DNA of 64,000 nucleotides from Mytilus californianus (Eukaryota): NCBI RefSeq assembly GCF_021869535.1, contig NW_026262723.1, positions 71,796,001 to 71,860,000 of the forward strand, read 5' to 3'. Shown piece by piece: positions 26,177 to 38,814 of this stretch (position 1 is its first letter; each line of letters starts with the position of its first letter). The notes under the pieces were generated by a model. It saw only the letters and a program-made list of their open reading frames with translations, ran no database searches and was not told where the DNA came from. The position numbers and the translations under genes were made by a program.

Positions 26177-29100
26177 TTGTCTTATGGTCAACACCATCAC
26201 TGTGTTAAATTAAAATTTCCGCGAATCGTTGGTCTAGTGTTTTGCACACGAAATGTACATCGTCGTAACCTTTGATGGTCGTCAATGACCTAACGAATAG
26301 CCAATGGAAATGCCGTAATGTCGTCTTATGATGCTCTGGATAAGCAAATAAAATTAACGCAGATTTTCATATCACTTTTTCGTATCACACTCCGTGCAGT
26401 GTGATATAAGCAATATCTATTCATGCAAGAAATATATAATAAGCCACAACCATGAGAGAATGGACTTTATTCTTTGAAAACGCGACGGGCGTATCATGCG
26501 CCCATGGCGCAGCTGTTATTATAAAACGGAGTAAGAAACCTACTGGACAGCAGAGAAGAATCAGAAAAATGCTATGTAATACAAAATATTCTACTACAAG
26601 AGGTATGCCCCCTCATTCACACACATTCACAGACTTAATCCGACCAGTTTTTATTCCCATTGTAAATAAAATCTGAATTAAATTTCATATATAGTTAACA
26701 ATGAAATGAATAATTCATCAGCTTAATTTACTATTTGTACGTACGTCTCAATCCAAATTATCTATGCTTACATTAGATTGTTGACATCATGAATATAAAC
26801 TGTACATGTAATTTATAAGATGTGACAAACAAAAATATATACAAATGAACGATACTTGTTTATAAAGTGTAAGTGTTAGTACACCTTTATCAAACTGACG
26901 AATGCATTGGTTTTGTGCCTTAAAAAGTACACAATTTGAACCCTTTTTTATTGTTTTTAAACGCAAATACACTGACACATAACATTCTAAGCTATAGGAA
27001 ATTTGTATAATCACTCGATAAAACACGGACGCACTCGAAAAAGCCCGGACTGCTCTCGAAAAAACCCGAACACATAGAAATGAATTTAGTCTCAAAATGT
27101 CGTTTTCGATGCAACAACAAGAATTTTTGTAAAGTGTCTGTATATCTAAGGATATATGGATTCCATGTATGCATTTCCATCGACATTTGCATTGGTATAT
27201 GTATAAAAATGGCTTTATTCTGTTTTTTGGAATAAAAGCATTGTAAGGCTAAATTCAACTTTTTTAACGAAAAATAATGTCGGATTGATAATATCTTTTT
27301 ATCTCAAATACTAACACACCTTGTATATCCTTGTATATTAAACTTAAGCTTCTATATCACGTCTTGTTAGAAAGGAAGTCTGTTTGTTTCCATTTTTTAT
27401 TATATTCACTCGAAAAAAAGTGGTCACACTCGAAAAAATCCGATCAAATCACTCGAAAAACCATGATTCTAGCCGGACACTATACCTACCGGGAATAGAC
27501 ATTCTATAAATATTCTATATCAAATATATTATAAGGCCATTTCTTTTAAATTTATTTCACTACAGCAACGTTTTATAACACTTTTTCAATTATTTATATC
27601 CATGGTGTCCGTGGTAAAGATTTATATGTACAATAAAGTTTTTACGACATTTTTGCGTATTTCCGAAATTATTCAATGCCTGAAGATGGCTCAAACCTGC
27701 AGTTTTTATAGACTTTGGTAAAATTTTATAAACTATGAAAAAAATGTACAAGAATCTATTCTTTGCGAACAGATATTTCTAAAGGAAGTAATTATATATA
27801 TGTTCTCTTTCAAATACAAATTAATTTTCTTTCGTTAAAGATAACCTTCGATGCCTTTTACAAAACCATGTAAAAGACTCAATGTTGACTTCAACAGCAA
27901 TATGTGGCACTTGTTAGCATCTTAATTTTATGAAGTATGTACAGCTGCTGAAATTTTTAAAAGTATATTATGTAAACACTTAAATTTTCGAATTCCAGTG
28001 GGTGTTTAATCTTTCTGGTTTTGAACCTGTGATTAAAACGAATGCAAGTAAAATTTGCTTTACCTCTACCTAGTTACTGTTAGAATTATAAGACGACATG
28101 GTGTGTATAAAGGTGACTCTACAATCAAACAACGTGTTTATTTGCATTCATTTTGACAGTGTGCTGATTTTAGGGATACTTTTGTCTTCTTTCTAATATA
28201 TGTTGAAGACACGAGACTATTATGTAAATTTATATTTATGTTACAATATTTGTAAATTCTAATTACATCGTTTCATGTTTTACTTTTACTTTAAAATTAG
28301 TTATCAATGATTTCTCCCTGCATATACATATGCAGTAACTGGAAGGAGGAAGCCATCCGACAAATGATTCACAAAGCCAGATATAGGTGTCCTAATGTTG
28401 TTTTCCGTTGGAAGGAATCTTGTTTAAGAGATGGAATGTCACAGATTACCACAGCTCAGTAAAGTTTCACTTGCTTTACCTTTTTTGCCATGTTTTTTTT
28501 TTTTTTTTTTTTTGTGGTTGCCCAACAAATACCACGTATCAACGGCAGATTCTTACTTTTCAAATGGAATTGAGTTTACTAAAGTTTAAGCGTTTGTATT
28601 GATATGACAATCTTACTATAGTTTACTATGCTATATGTTCATGTTGGCTGGTTGGTCTTAAACTATTCCATCGTGAATTTTCATACTTACAACATCTTCT
28701 TATTTCACTGTTCTTACTTTTTTATTTTCATTGTTGAAATGTATTTGTACGTTTTCATTTCAAGGAAAGATTTTTACAATTTGTCAGGTTTTTCTTAATT
28801 TATGATACTTCATTTTTTTTTTTTTTTTTTGCAAAAATATATCACTACCTGTAGCTGCCTTATAGGTTACAAATCCTAAGGTCATAAAGTGTGTTTATTA
28901 AAAATCATGAATATTGAACAAATGTTTATAGAATACAGTCACACAAATTATAGGTAATCTGCATGATTATTAATGTAAGAAATGCATGCTTCTTTTTGTA
29001 ATTTTATCGGGGTTTAAAAGTGTTGACCGAAGCACATTTTGTATAAAGCGCGGAAGCACATCGTTCTAAAAATGTGTGCACGATCAACAATTTTACAACC

Positions 29101-29373
29101 CTATCAAATTACTAAAAGAAGCATGCATTTCTTATAATCACATTTTTATGCTAAGGCCATGAAAAAAAAGTTTTATCAACTTTTTCTTTTTTTTACCTGT
29201 GCACTTTTTTTGTGGAAGCACGTGTCATCGCGAATGTAACATTTCATTTTGATATGAAGTTTTAATTTTTTTTTTAATAAAGCGCTATTGTTGTTAACCA
29301 ATCAAACTAACGGATTCTCGTGAAACATACATATAGAAATGTGACGCGTTGTGGCTTAATCATTTACAAGTAC

Positions 29374-29460
29374 CTGATCTTGCTGTTGCATTCATGTAAC
29401 TTGAAAATGCAGTTGAATTATTTTTCTTTTCTGTTGTGGAAGGTACGGATGTAGAAGAAA
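29374..29460 (-). CDS. Lectin receptor, Ser/Thr-rich stalk exon (SSTSVPSTTEKKNNSTAFSSYMNATARS)
   Basis: tattctacag| acceptor, AG|gtactt donor; 87 nt, phase 1-1; N-glycosylation sequons NST and NAT. Confidence 0.75.
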
Positions 29461-29764
29461 CTGTAGAATAATGTAAAGATGTTGAATTAACATTTATTTG
29501 AAGTTATTTTCAACTCCGAAAATGTCAGCACAACCATATTTTCAAAATTTGATATAAACTGAAAAAGGGTTACTGTCAAGTCATTTGAAAAATATAGAAC
29601 TATGAAAATATTTACTAAGGTTCCAACTCCATCGGGCACAGTTTGACCTAAGATAAATGTGGGTAGTTTTTTTAGCCACGGTTTATTTTGGTCAAATTGC
29701 GTTCTTATGTTTCTACGTATTTATACATCACAGACTTTCACATTTTTAGGAATAAGGTCAATAA

Positions 29765-29808
29765 GCGTTCCTGTTGAAGGTAACTCCAGAAACGTGGTTT
29801 GGGGCACA
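29765..29808 (+). ncRNA. Decayed minimal type I hammerhead ribozyme
   Basis: gcgttc-CTGTTGA-aggtaactcca-GAAA-cgtggt-TT-ggggcac, same scaffold as 51310-51351 with core changes. Confidence 0.45.
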
Positions 29809-30752
29809 CGAAATTCCTGATGTGATTTGTTTCTTTTATTAAATAATTAATATAGTATATTTCATAACATAGACAGTACCATTTTTTCTGGTATTTATGA
29901 TGTAATGTGTAAATCTATTTGTTTCAGTATTTATGAATGTTCGCTGCTGAAATTCAAATACACTATTCATACATGACTTAATATATATTCAGGAGTACTG
30001 GTTTAATATAAATGGTACAATACACACCAGGGGCACTTGAATCTAAACAGTTTGAAAGTAAATTAAATCAGTTGAACAATCAAGAAGACGAGCATTGATA
30101 AACAACTTATTCCAAAAGAGTGGTGACCAAAATGTCTTAGCTAAATACATGCCTAGGACAGAAAAAAACATAGTTTGGTCATTAACATGGTACAGTGTAA
30201 CACTTTATGCTCTGTCAAATAGAACTTCAGGACAATGACAAAGACAACGACAAAAAAAAACAGAGTAATTCCACCGCAACATTTTATGGACGAATTCACC
30301 AATAGAGATTACTTGAATTTGTAGAAAATAAAATTATTCAAATTAGCAAGCTGGAATAAAAACTTTTTTTTAAATAGTTATCCTTACGATTTGTTCTTTT
30401 ATGATACATGTAATACTGTCGCATCAGACCATTATTTCATTTGGCATTGCATCTGTAACCACAATTTGACATATGTTTTTTTTTAAATCAGATAACCCAT
30501 CACAAGGCAGAATTATTAATGTACAAATCATGTGTCCGTGTTTCGCTTCAATAAGATAGACCACCATGACACGATATAAACTTATCAACAGATCAAAACT
30601 AAAACAATTTATGCTAAAACAACATTTTTTCCTGAAATTTAAAATCAACCACCCATCCTATATCGTAATACCTTTCTATGTCACTTCCCATCGATGCCAT
30701 CTGTATTATGTATATAGAATGACAATTACGCCATTATTTACCGTGTACTTAC

Positions 30753-30995
30753 TTTTTACTCCACTGTAGCAAGCTATAAAGTCAGCCCTGCATCCTTGAT
30801 TTACCCATATTGTGTTGGAAGTGTAGCCATAGGTTACATTAAATACGCAAAAAACTTCATCACTTTCATCAGAGTCTTTCTCCTCCTTGACAGTCACAGA
30901 AGTAATGAAGTTGTCATCTGGTACTGCATTAACTTTACAGGACTTGTATCCACCATTTTTGCTCTCGCATTTTTTCTTTACACACTGTTGGGTTT
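30753..30995 (-). CDS. Lectin receptor, exon encoding an ADEL/DUF3011-like lectin domain
   Basis: TQQCVKKKCESKNGGYKSC...FCVFNVTYGYTSNTIWVNQGCRADFIACY matches the C..G.(S/T)(F/Y)G....(I/L)WV..GCRA.F signature; tcttttatag| acceptor, A|gtaagt donor; 243 nt, phase 1-1. Confidence 0.85.
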
Positions 30996-32089
30996 CTATA
31001 AAAGATAAAGCAAACTAAGTGAACAACAAAAGGCTACATTGCACAATAGAACAGATTAAAAGGACAGAAATAACAGCAAACATAAAAGCTATAGAACCTC
31101 ATGTACTAGTATATATTACATATACATAATATATATTTTCCCTATATTCTCGAATTTTGGTTGGAATTTGCGATGAACCCGTTGTACTGGAGAAATGCAA
31201 CTTATCTTCGGATCAAAATCCGCTTTGTTAACGGGTCTTTGGCAATTAAGATTTCTTATCTTTCTAAAATAGGCTAATAATCGTTTTTCATAGTTGCAGA
31301 TGCTCGGTCTTCTTCCGGATCCACCTACTATACAGATCTTAGCCATTTGAATTATGAATTGTTTTGGTTAACGTATGAGTATTAACAATTAAGTTATATT
31401 GGCAACAGTTAAATTAGAAATAGAAGCTTTAGAAACTCATGTATCACAAAATTTCTGTTTTGATCTACATGTTTGTTGAGTGTTTATCTCTAAAATTCAA
31501 AAATACAGGAGAAATGTTAGTACTTCTTATCAAAAGAAACTTAGTGTGGAACTGTTTAAATAGGGAGAGTGCACATGCTTTCCATGCTCACTTCTAGATA
31601 AACATGTACAGTTATCAGGAAAACTCTGAACCAAATTTGGGAGTGTTAAAGTTATATAAGAGGGACTATAAATATAATATTCGCTTCTCCTAGTTTGTAG
31701 CTGTGGTAGAGACAGGGGTAAAGAAAATAGAAACACGCACATTTTTTTTGAGAAATCAAACTGTACTCATGACAATGTATTTTATTTATTGTAATCGTGA
31801 TCACTTTGGTAGCTGTTACAATTTTGATAGTGTGACAGAAGAAAGGATACCAGTTAATTACGAATCGATCTAACAAGAACACAGTCGCACTGCAATACAA
31901 AAATAAGGAGATATAGTATGCTTGCCAATGAGACCAAAGGACTAGGATGTAAACAACTATAGGTCACCGAAATACTTTAACAATGAGCAAAATCATAACG
32001 TATAACAAGTTATAAAAGGACCCGACAGGACAAAATAGGAAACAAAGCCTGCATTTTACAGTGTAAACAATCAATTAGTTCAGGAAATT

Positions 32090-33275
32090 ATAACCCCAAA
32101 GAATGGCTTGAGTGTACCAATATGATCGCGTTTACTTTTCCCAATGCGTCAATTATACATATGCTGTGTCGGGTGCATGATTACACAACCACATCAGGTT
32201 GAAATAGGAACGCTAAATCCGATGCTTAGTGAAAGAAGAGTTCAACGCTCTTTGCACTTTAAAAAATTCTTCCAACTTTTCTTTGATGGTTCAGCTAGTG
32301 GCATGTTGCAACGCAAAACTCTGCTTCAAAACATCATACCTTTTCAGATTCAGATTTGGCATCCCTGTATCCCAGTCGATACACTTTACAAACCTACCAA
32401 GTGGGTTAAATGACAATTTGGTATTGTCATGAATGTGTACATGTCATATTTGCTGCTGGACGTAAAGCAAACAACAATCAATAAACTGAACATGTACTTA
32501 CATTTTTAACAATCACGCTTTCATCCATCATATTTTACCAAGGATATCCTCCATTTCTTCTTGCTACAACCCGTCTTCCTTTCGTGTTTATTGTCACCGA
32601 ATGCCATTTATCATAGGAATTGTACCTGCCTTATGCAACACGCTAGCTGCCACTTGTGGAGCTTGAACTGCTTGCTCTTACAAAGCACCAAGTTCAACAT
32701 TTCCCCGGTTTCCGGTGGGTTAGTTTCAATCTTTACCTTTTGTGTATTGAAATGAAGAATGTTCTGCTATACTGCCAGTGTGTTGCCTTTCTACAAATAA
32801 TGTATTTTTGACTGTCTCCTTGGTATCTCAAGTCCTTCTTTATTTCACAAAATAAGCCAATAGATTGATTGGTTGATTTTTGCTTGCTATACTTCTATTT
32901 GCAAATATTTCATGCATGTTCAGGACGTGAATGAATTAACAATTATTTCGTTAGGAAGGTTCTGCAAAGGTTAAGGGTTGGTGGACTGCCATTTGAAAAT
33001 AAGGGTGTATTGGACGGGGGTATACATTTTGCCTTGCAACAGGCCACATACGAATCCATCAGAGAGTTGTTTCAAAGGTTCTTTATGTGCAGTGAGTGTG
33101 GTTCTCTCCTTATATAAGGCATCTAATTTAACGTCCGACCGGACGTGGCTGCGTCTTTATGCATCCCACTTCATTTTAGTATGGGCTCCCTTGGCGGACG
33201 GGCATATTTCTGTACCCAAGTCAACCATAGGGGTTAGACACATAGAATCGAATGTTTTACAATTATTTAGTCCAT
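32090..33275 (-). pseudogene. Possible decayed ectodomain exon(s) of the lectin receptor
   Basis: GC-richer island; ag| at 33275 in phase with exon 1 reads HGLNNCKTFDSMCLTP...; one stop in about 100 codons; identity unresolved. Confidence 0.25.
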
Positions 33276-33475
33276 CTATAATGTATTTACAAGTTAATAT
33301 GAACACATAAAATAGACATCTTTCACTTTATAATTGTAATCAACATTTCTGACATTGAAATGGACATAGAGCGGGATTGTCACATGATTTCAAAATTCAT
33401 TTATCAGGTGACCTCAAATGATCTAAGGAAACAATTAGCTAAAAGAAAATATATTTGAAATTAATTAAAACTTAC

Positions 33476-33533
33476 GTATTTCTTGGCACAAAAACACAGA
33501 AATCAGGATAATTGAATATGAATATATATCCAT
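33476..33533 (-). CDS. Lectin receptor, probable first coding exon (signal peptide MDIYSYSIILISVFLCQEI)
   Basis: ATG at 33533, hydrophobic core, strong donor C|gtaagt in phase 1 compatible with the downstream exons. Confidence 0.6.
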
Positions 33534-34395
33534 TCAGTACAAACGTCAAATAACAAATAAATGAGTCACAATAATCAAATATCCGTAACAATACTAAAAG
33601 GTGCAAATACTAACAAACTGTAAGTATTTATTGTACCCTTTGACCTGTGATTTTATTTCATCCGTATTTGGTCAGATGTTTGTTTATATTGGTTAAATTG
33701 AATATCAATAGGATGTACATGTAATTTAATCGGATAATAAACTATGTTGACGTTTAATTTTACCGCCTCAGTATTATAAAAGTCATACTGTTACGATAAC
33801 TTAAAGGCAGTCCACACAGTACTAATTTAATTATGGTGTCAAACTAAAGTATAGTAACTTTTCCTTTCTTTTATTTCGACATGTTCACTGTTTTCTTTCT
33901 TCTCATGCAGTTTTTTAAATCTGAAAAGGTTTTAACTACATGAATGTGCTAATTACACGTTTATAAGTTACGTACTCTATAATCCGTTGTCATCACGAGT
34001 CTATTGTGTATAATTTCTTTTCTTATCTTAATCCTTTTATGTGATTTTGTATTTTGTTCATTTTAAGTTTATTATGTAATATTACATGTATTTGGTAATT
34101 CAAATCTAAAGAGAAGTTAGTTAGAAATCCGAGGAGATATAAAGATTCGGACGTCAAGTTGGTGGAAACGGGTTTCACGTGTATTTGATCCGACAAACAG
34201 AAGTTGTGAAAAACAATGCCAAAATCTGTTCCCGTTGGAACAAATATTCTATAATCTTCATTCCGTTAGAAACAAATAATATTTGTTCTAGAGGAAATAG
34301 TTTTACTGACTATTTCTTCCATTTGGAACTTATATTATCGGAAGGAACTTCTATTTCAGTGAACAAAACACGAATACTGCACTTAGTCGAATATT

Positions 34396-34700
34396 TAAAT
34401 GCATGATTGATATTGTTTATCACATCAATTGTTGATACCAAGGAATTGTACAATTCCTTGTTGATACATTAGAACTTAGATCATGATGGTCTGAATGCAT
34501 GTGGTTCAGTGATTGCTAAATGCATGATTGATATTGTTTTTCACATCAATTGTTGATACATTTGAACTTAGATAATGGTGGTCTGAATGTCTGTGGTTCA
34601 GTGGTTGTTTAAATATATGATTGATATTGTTTATCACATCAATTGTTGATACATTTGAACTTAGATAATGAGGGTCTGAATGCATGTGGTTCCGTGGTTG
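34396..34700. repeat. 93-bp tandem repeat, about 3 copies
   Basis: gattgatattgttt.tcacatcaattgttgatac...gaacttagat at 34405, 34526, 34619; the first unit carries a 29-nt insertion. Confidence 0.9.
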
Positions 34701-34776
34701 TAGTTCTCGTTTGAATAGTTTTTAGTTACACTAGTCAATTCGGGGTCTTTTAATTATAGCTTACTGTGCGGTATGG

Positions 34777-35278
34777 TAAGATATCCTACACTTTATTGTT
34801 TAATAGTTTAAATTGATTGAATGTGGAAAAACGAATTCAATATCAAAAGGCAATACTTGTATTTAAATCATTAAAGGATATGGTTCCTAACTATTTACGA
34901 GAAAACTTTCATTTTACTGATAATTAATCAAAATTATAATTAAATGTTGAAAAACTATTGAAACTTCCAAAGCCAAAAAAAAGAATTTTTGAAGAAAACT
35001 TTTCTATATTCTGGTTCTCAAATATGGAACAGTTTACCAAATGAAATAAAGATGAGTAATACACTTGTTTCTTTTAAAGCAAAATGTTACAATTTTTTCA
35101 TGAAAAAGGCAGATTAATATGCTTTTTCATTAAAATCTATATAAAATTGTAAATTGTGTATATATCAATATAATTATGATTATATTGTACTTAATGTGTA
35201 TATTATTTTTTTTATTTTGAGGACTCTCAGGAAGATTTGTTTTAACTAAGGGATTATCCTCTTGAAATAAAGATTGTT
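34777..35278 (+). mobile_element. 3' fragment of a CR1/L2-group LINE inserted in a Penelope-tail copy
   Basis: Relic frames PNYL...YSGSQIWNSLPNEIK.S.TL.SFK; aataaa near the end; TATGG duplicated at 34772-34776 and 35279-35283. Confidence 0.72.
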
Positions 35279-37108
35279 TATGGGTTTTGCTTATTGTTGA
35301 AGGCCTTACGGTGACCTATAAATGCTTACTTCTACCATAGATATAATAGCCATTATATCTATGCTTCTACGTTACGTCATTTGGTCTCTGGTGGAGGTCT
35401 CATTGGCAATCATACCACATCTTCTTATTATTTCATAATACATTGTATTCTTTAATAGAGTTTGTGTATGAATAAAACAGAATAATCTATCTCAGGAAAA
35501 TTTGGGGTGGTTTTATTTAAAAAGCAATTACTTTTTCATTTTAAAAGATAGTACCATATTAAAGGGCAGATAGCCTTGATAATTTTGAAAAGATATGGTA
35601 AATGTAAAATTACCTGAATGTTTCATAGTGACCATATTTGGATGAAAATTGAAAAAAATCTTATTGTAAAACAATTCACTGACCTACTTATATACTGCTC
35701 GATTTACTGTTTATTTGTTCAAGTACTGAATATGCATGACATATTTGCCACTGGACGTTAAGCAAACATAAAAAATACTGAAAATTCTTTTTGGACACGA
35801 GCTCCGCCCTTGAATCATCCCCTCCAATACAGCATGGGTCCTTGATTTCTCAGTTTGCTTCCCTAAAAATAAAAGTCAAATATGCGTGTATGTATGATAA
35901 AAATGGGGATAATTGTTTTGATTGCCTCATTATCCATACAGCGGACCACTTTATATAACTTTCACAAATACCAGAAATAAAACGCGGAAGAAATCCAGAC
36001 CCTGACGTAACAAGACATAAATTTTCAAAAAATGCATAAAGTGAAGTCACGTCAAATCTAGCTGTGTAGTTTTCAAATCTAGTTGTGTAGTTTTCAAATT
36101 TGTCTGTGTTGTTAAGAAAAAAATGCCTCTTTCACACCCACATGTGTAATTTAAAAAAAATAGCAGTGTTTCTTCAAATCTAGATGTGAATTTTAAAACT
36201 TAACTTTATATCTTTTAGATCTAGTCGTGTGTTTTGCCTTTTTTTGCAATTTAAGTGTGCAATTTTTGTGACTACCTTAAAAGGTTTTTTTCTTTTGTGT
36301 TATTGGTAATGATTCTTAAAATTACTGAACGTGAAAAAAATTAGTTTGTACGATATTCGGGATTTTAAACGGTCAAAGTCAGCAATTTTTATATTAGGTT
36401 AGTGATATATTTTCATGATTGTATATTTTTGTTTGTTATTTTATTTACGTTTAGTTTTGTTATACACTTTTGAAGCATATAATCTATCTTGTGCATTTTT
36501 CAAAACCGATACCTTCTTAGAATGATGGTTGACTTTATCTTTACGACTGATGGAAAACTTGAGTTTTTATTGGTAATTGTTTTTCTAAGTCTTTCTGAAT
36601 ATTATGTGTAGTAAATAATTGAATGTTCACGTTACGCGTAAAAGAGTCAATACAAAGATAGGAAATTGCAATTTCCATGATATTTTTGTTTTTTGTTTTG
36701 TGATTTTAGCATTTAAATGTCGAACCCTTTCTTCGTTTAATTTAGATTAAATTATGTAGTAATTTCCTTTTCTAATATCAATAGAAAGCACAAACAATTT
36801 GCAAAAGTGCGATTGGTAATCTACAGATAGAAACCTCTGACAAACCTCTGTTGACCTCATTCGTATAAGATACTTCACCTTTTGTACATGTATAAGCACT
36901 TGTGATACTTAATTATTAAGAGTTCTAGTTAAACATGTCAATTGAATGACCTTTTGACATACAAGTATTTGGAACATAGAAATATAGCATCCGTTTATAG
37001 TTTGTATTACCTATTGTAGTTGAACTTGTCACTCCTTAATATCAAATCATAATTTACGTCTAGTGTACAGTTGCATCAGCTACAAACATTGACATTGAAA
37101 TTGTAAAA

Positions 37109-37363
37109 ATGAAAAGTATCGTGCTGCTTTTGTCAGTGTTTTTATGTACCAGAAATGGATCTTGTATGGTTGGCGATTACGATGCAGCCATGGCAGATCT
37201 AACTGCAGGTGGAACAAGGGTGTGTTCGTATTGTTACTACTGTTTCTTTAAAGGACTATGCAACAGTGAATGTCATCGTCCGCATAGACTGTGTAACTTT
37301 TGTCAGTTTGTTCACTATTGTAACACAAATTGTGAAGATAGCTGTTTCCTTTGGTGGAAGTAA
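37109..37363 (+). CDS. Secreted 84-aa cysteine-rich mini-protein (signal peptide, short acidic pro-region, 47-aa 10-Cys domain)
   Basis: MKSIVLLLSVFLCTRNGSC signal-like N-terminus; CxxCxxC-x5-CxxxC-x6-CxxC-x5-CxxxCxxxC; A at -3 of the ATG; aataaa at ~37772. Confidence 0.8.
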   Translation: MKSIVLLLSVFLCTRNGSCMVGDYDAAMADLTAGGTRVCSYCYYCFFKGLCNSECHRPHRLCNFCQFVHYCNTNCEDSCFLWWK

Positions 37364-38814
37364 AGAAGAATATGGATACTACACGTTCTTGTCAAAGCAG
37401 AAAAGTAGAGTTAACTTTTCTACAAAAGGAAAAATGCATCGAATTTGTTGTTCGTAAAATCATATATTTTTGGAAGAATAGCAAAGACTACTTAGTAAAC
37501 TGTTAATTTCTATAACATTTAGTTTGTTTTTGGATTAAATTATTTCAAAAGTTACGCAAGGAAAGAATAGAAACTGTACTATATTTAGCAGTGAAACATA
37601 GTCGTCGTGCGTTTTAAAGAAAGGAATCGATGGTTTGATAGAAAGGGGTTTTCGATTCCTAGTTTGAAAGTTTGATAACACGTTTGTTAAAAACAATTTG
37701 ATTCAATCCTAAACGCAGCTCGAACAATTCAACGAATATAAATGATACAAGTTATACACGATGTTGAGTTAAATAAAAACATGTGGAAAAAATTCAATGC
37801 TAATTAAGAAAATTATCTAAATATTATGTTTTTTTCTGCCTTAGTTGTAATTCAACAAATTTCAACTTATTACTAGATCTAAATGAACCTTTATTATTCT
37901 AATAAACAGTGTACAACCTTTACAATTTTAGATTTTTTTTTACAAATATCATATTCGGGATTCTTCTCAACGAATTGATGAATCCCAACTACGATATTGT
38001 ATAAATGACTTCATGTCTTCACTCTACAAAGTCCGTCAATGTTTTTCTATTGAATTAGAGGCAACTTTTTATGTTTGTTAACTTGATTTTTCTTTTTAAT
38101 TGATTTTTGAGATTTGAACATCGGTCAACTACTCTAGTGGAGGTCACTTTATATAGGAGGATGCAGATAGTATAAAAATTAATTCTGATGCTATTGATTG
38201 GGGGGATTTGTCGATGGCTAGTGTAGTTTTCTATATCTAGCATTGGATTGAAAGAAGTGCCCAGACAGATGTTAAAATTAAAAGGGAACAGTAAGTAGCT
38301 TATCGATGTTAAAATATCTTAAATGAATTAAGAAAATACACATATTTAGATTTGAAAAAAAAACACTTTTTACAAATCTCATGACTATTCTGGTAACTAA
38401 AGACCTAATTAAGACCTTTAAAACATGTCGCATCGTATCGATCAAGCAATTCGTAAATGTGAATGTAAAACTGGTAAGTAATGATGATGCTATTGGCTTT
38501 CTTATATTTTTTGCTATTAAACAAATGAAAGATAAAGTCTAAACCTGCCCGTTAGGCGAGACCATATGGAATTATAATGACATGATCTGTTATTGAAGGA
38601 TTAACATCTGATACTACTATTGCTTGGATACTATAAGACTCCTTACAGAAACGTAACAGTAATAGTACGTCAAGTGTATCTCTAACATTTTGATACAGCA
38701 AGGCAGGGTTTTTCTTTTTGACAGGCCTTCATAGATAATTACCAAGCAGGGAACAAATACAATGTATATTTATTGTATCCACCAACAGTGATAATTCGAA
38801 ATCTACTGGCATGA

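Larger units (their letters stand above)
24555..27491. mobile_element. ~2.9-kb TIR-bounded DNA element in a receptor intron, superfamily unassigned
   Basis: ~45-bp imperfect TIRs cggtaggtatagtgtccggctag...tggtttttcgagtga; repeated subterminal tttttcgag / ctcgaaaaa motifs at both ends; no clear TSD. Confidence 0.7.

Noticed and set aside
31015-31083. MFAVISVLLICSIVQCSLLLFT* as the receptor's signal exon
   Set aside because: Ends in a stop; the only phase-1 donor would create TAA on joining; the sequence looks repeat-derived
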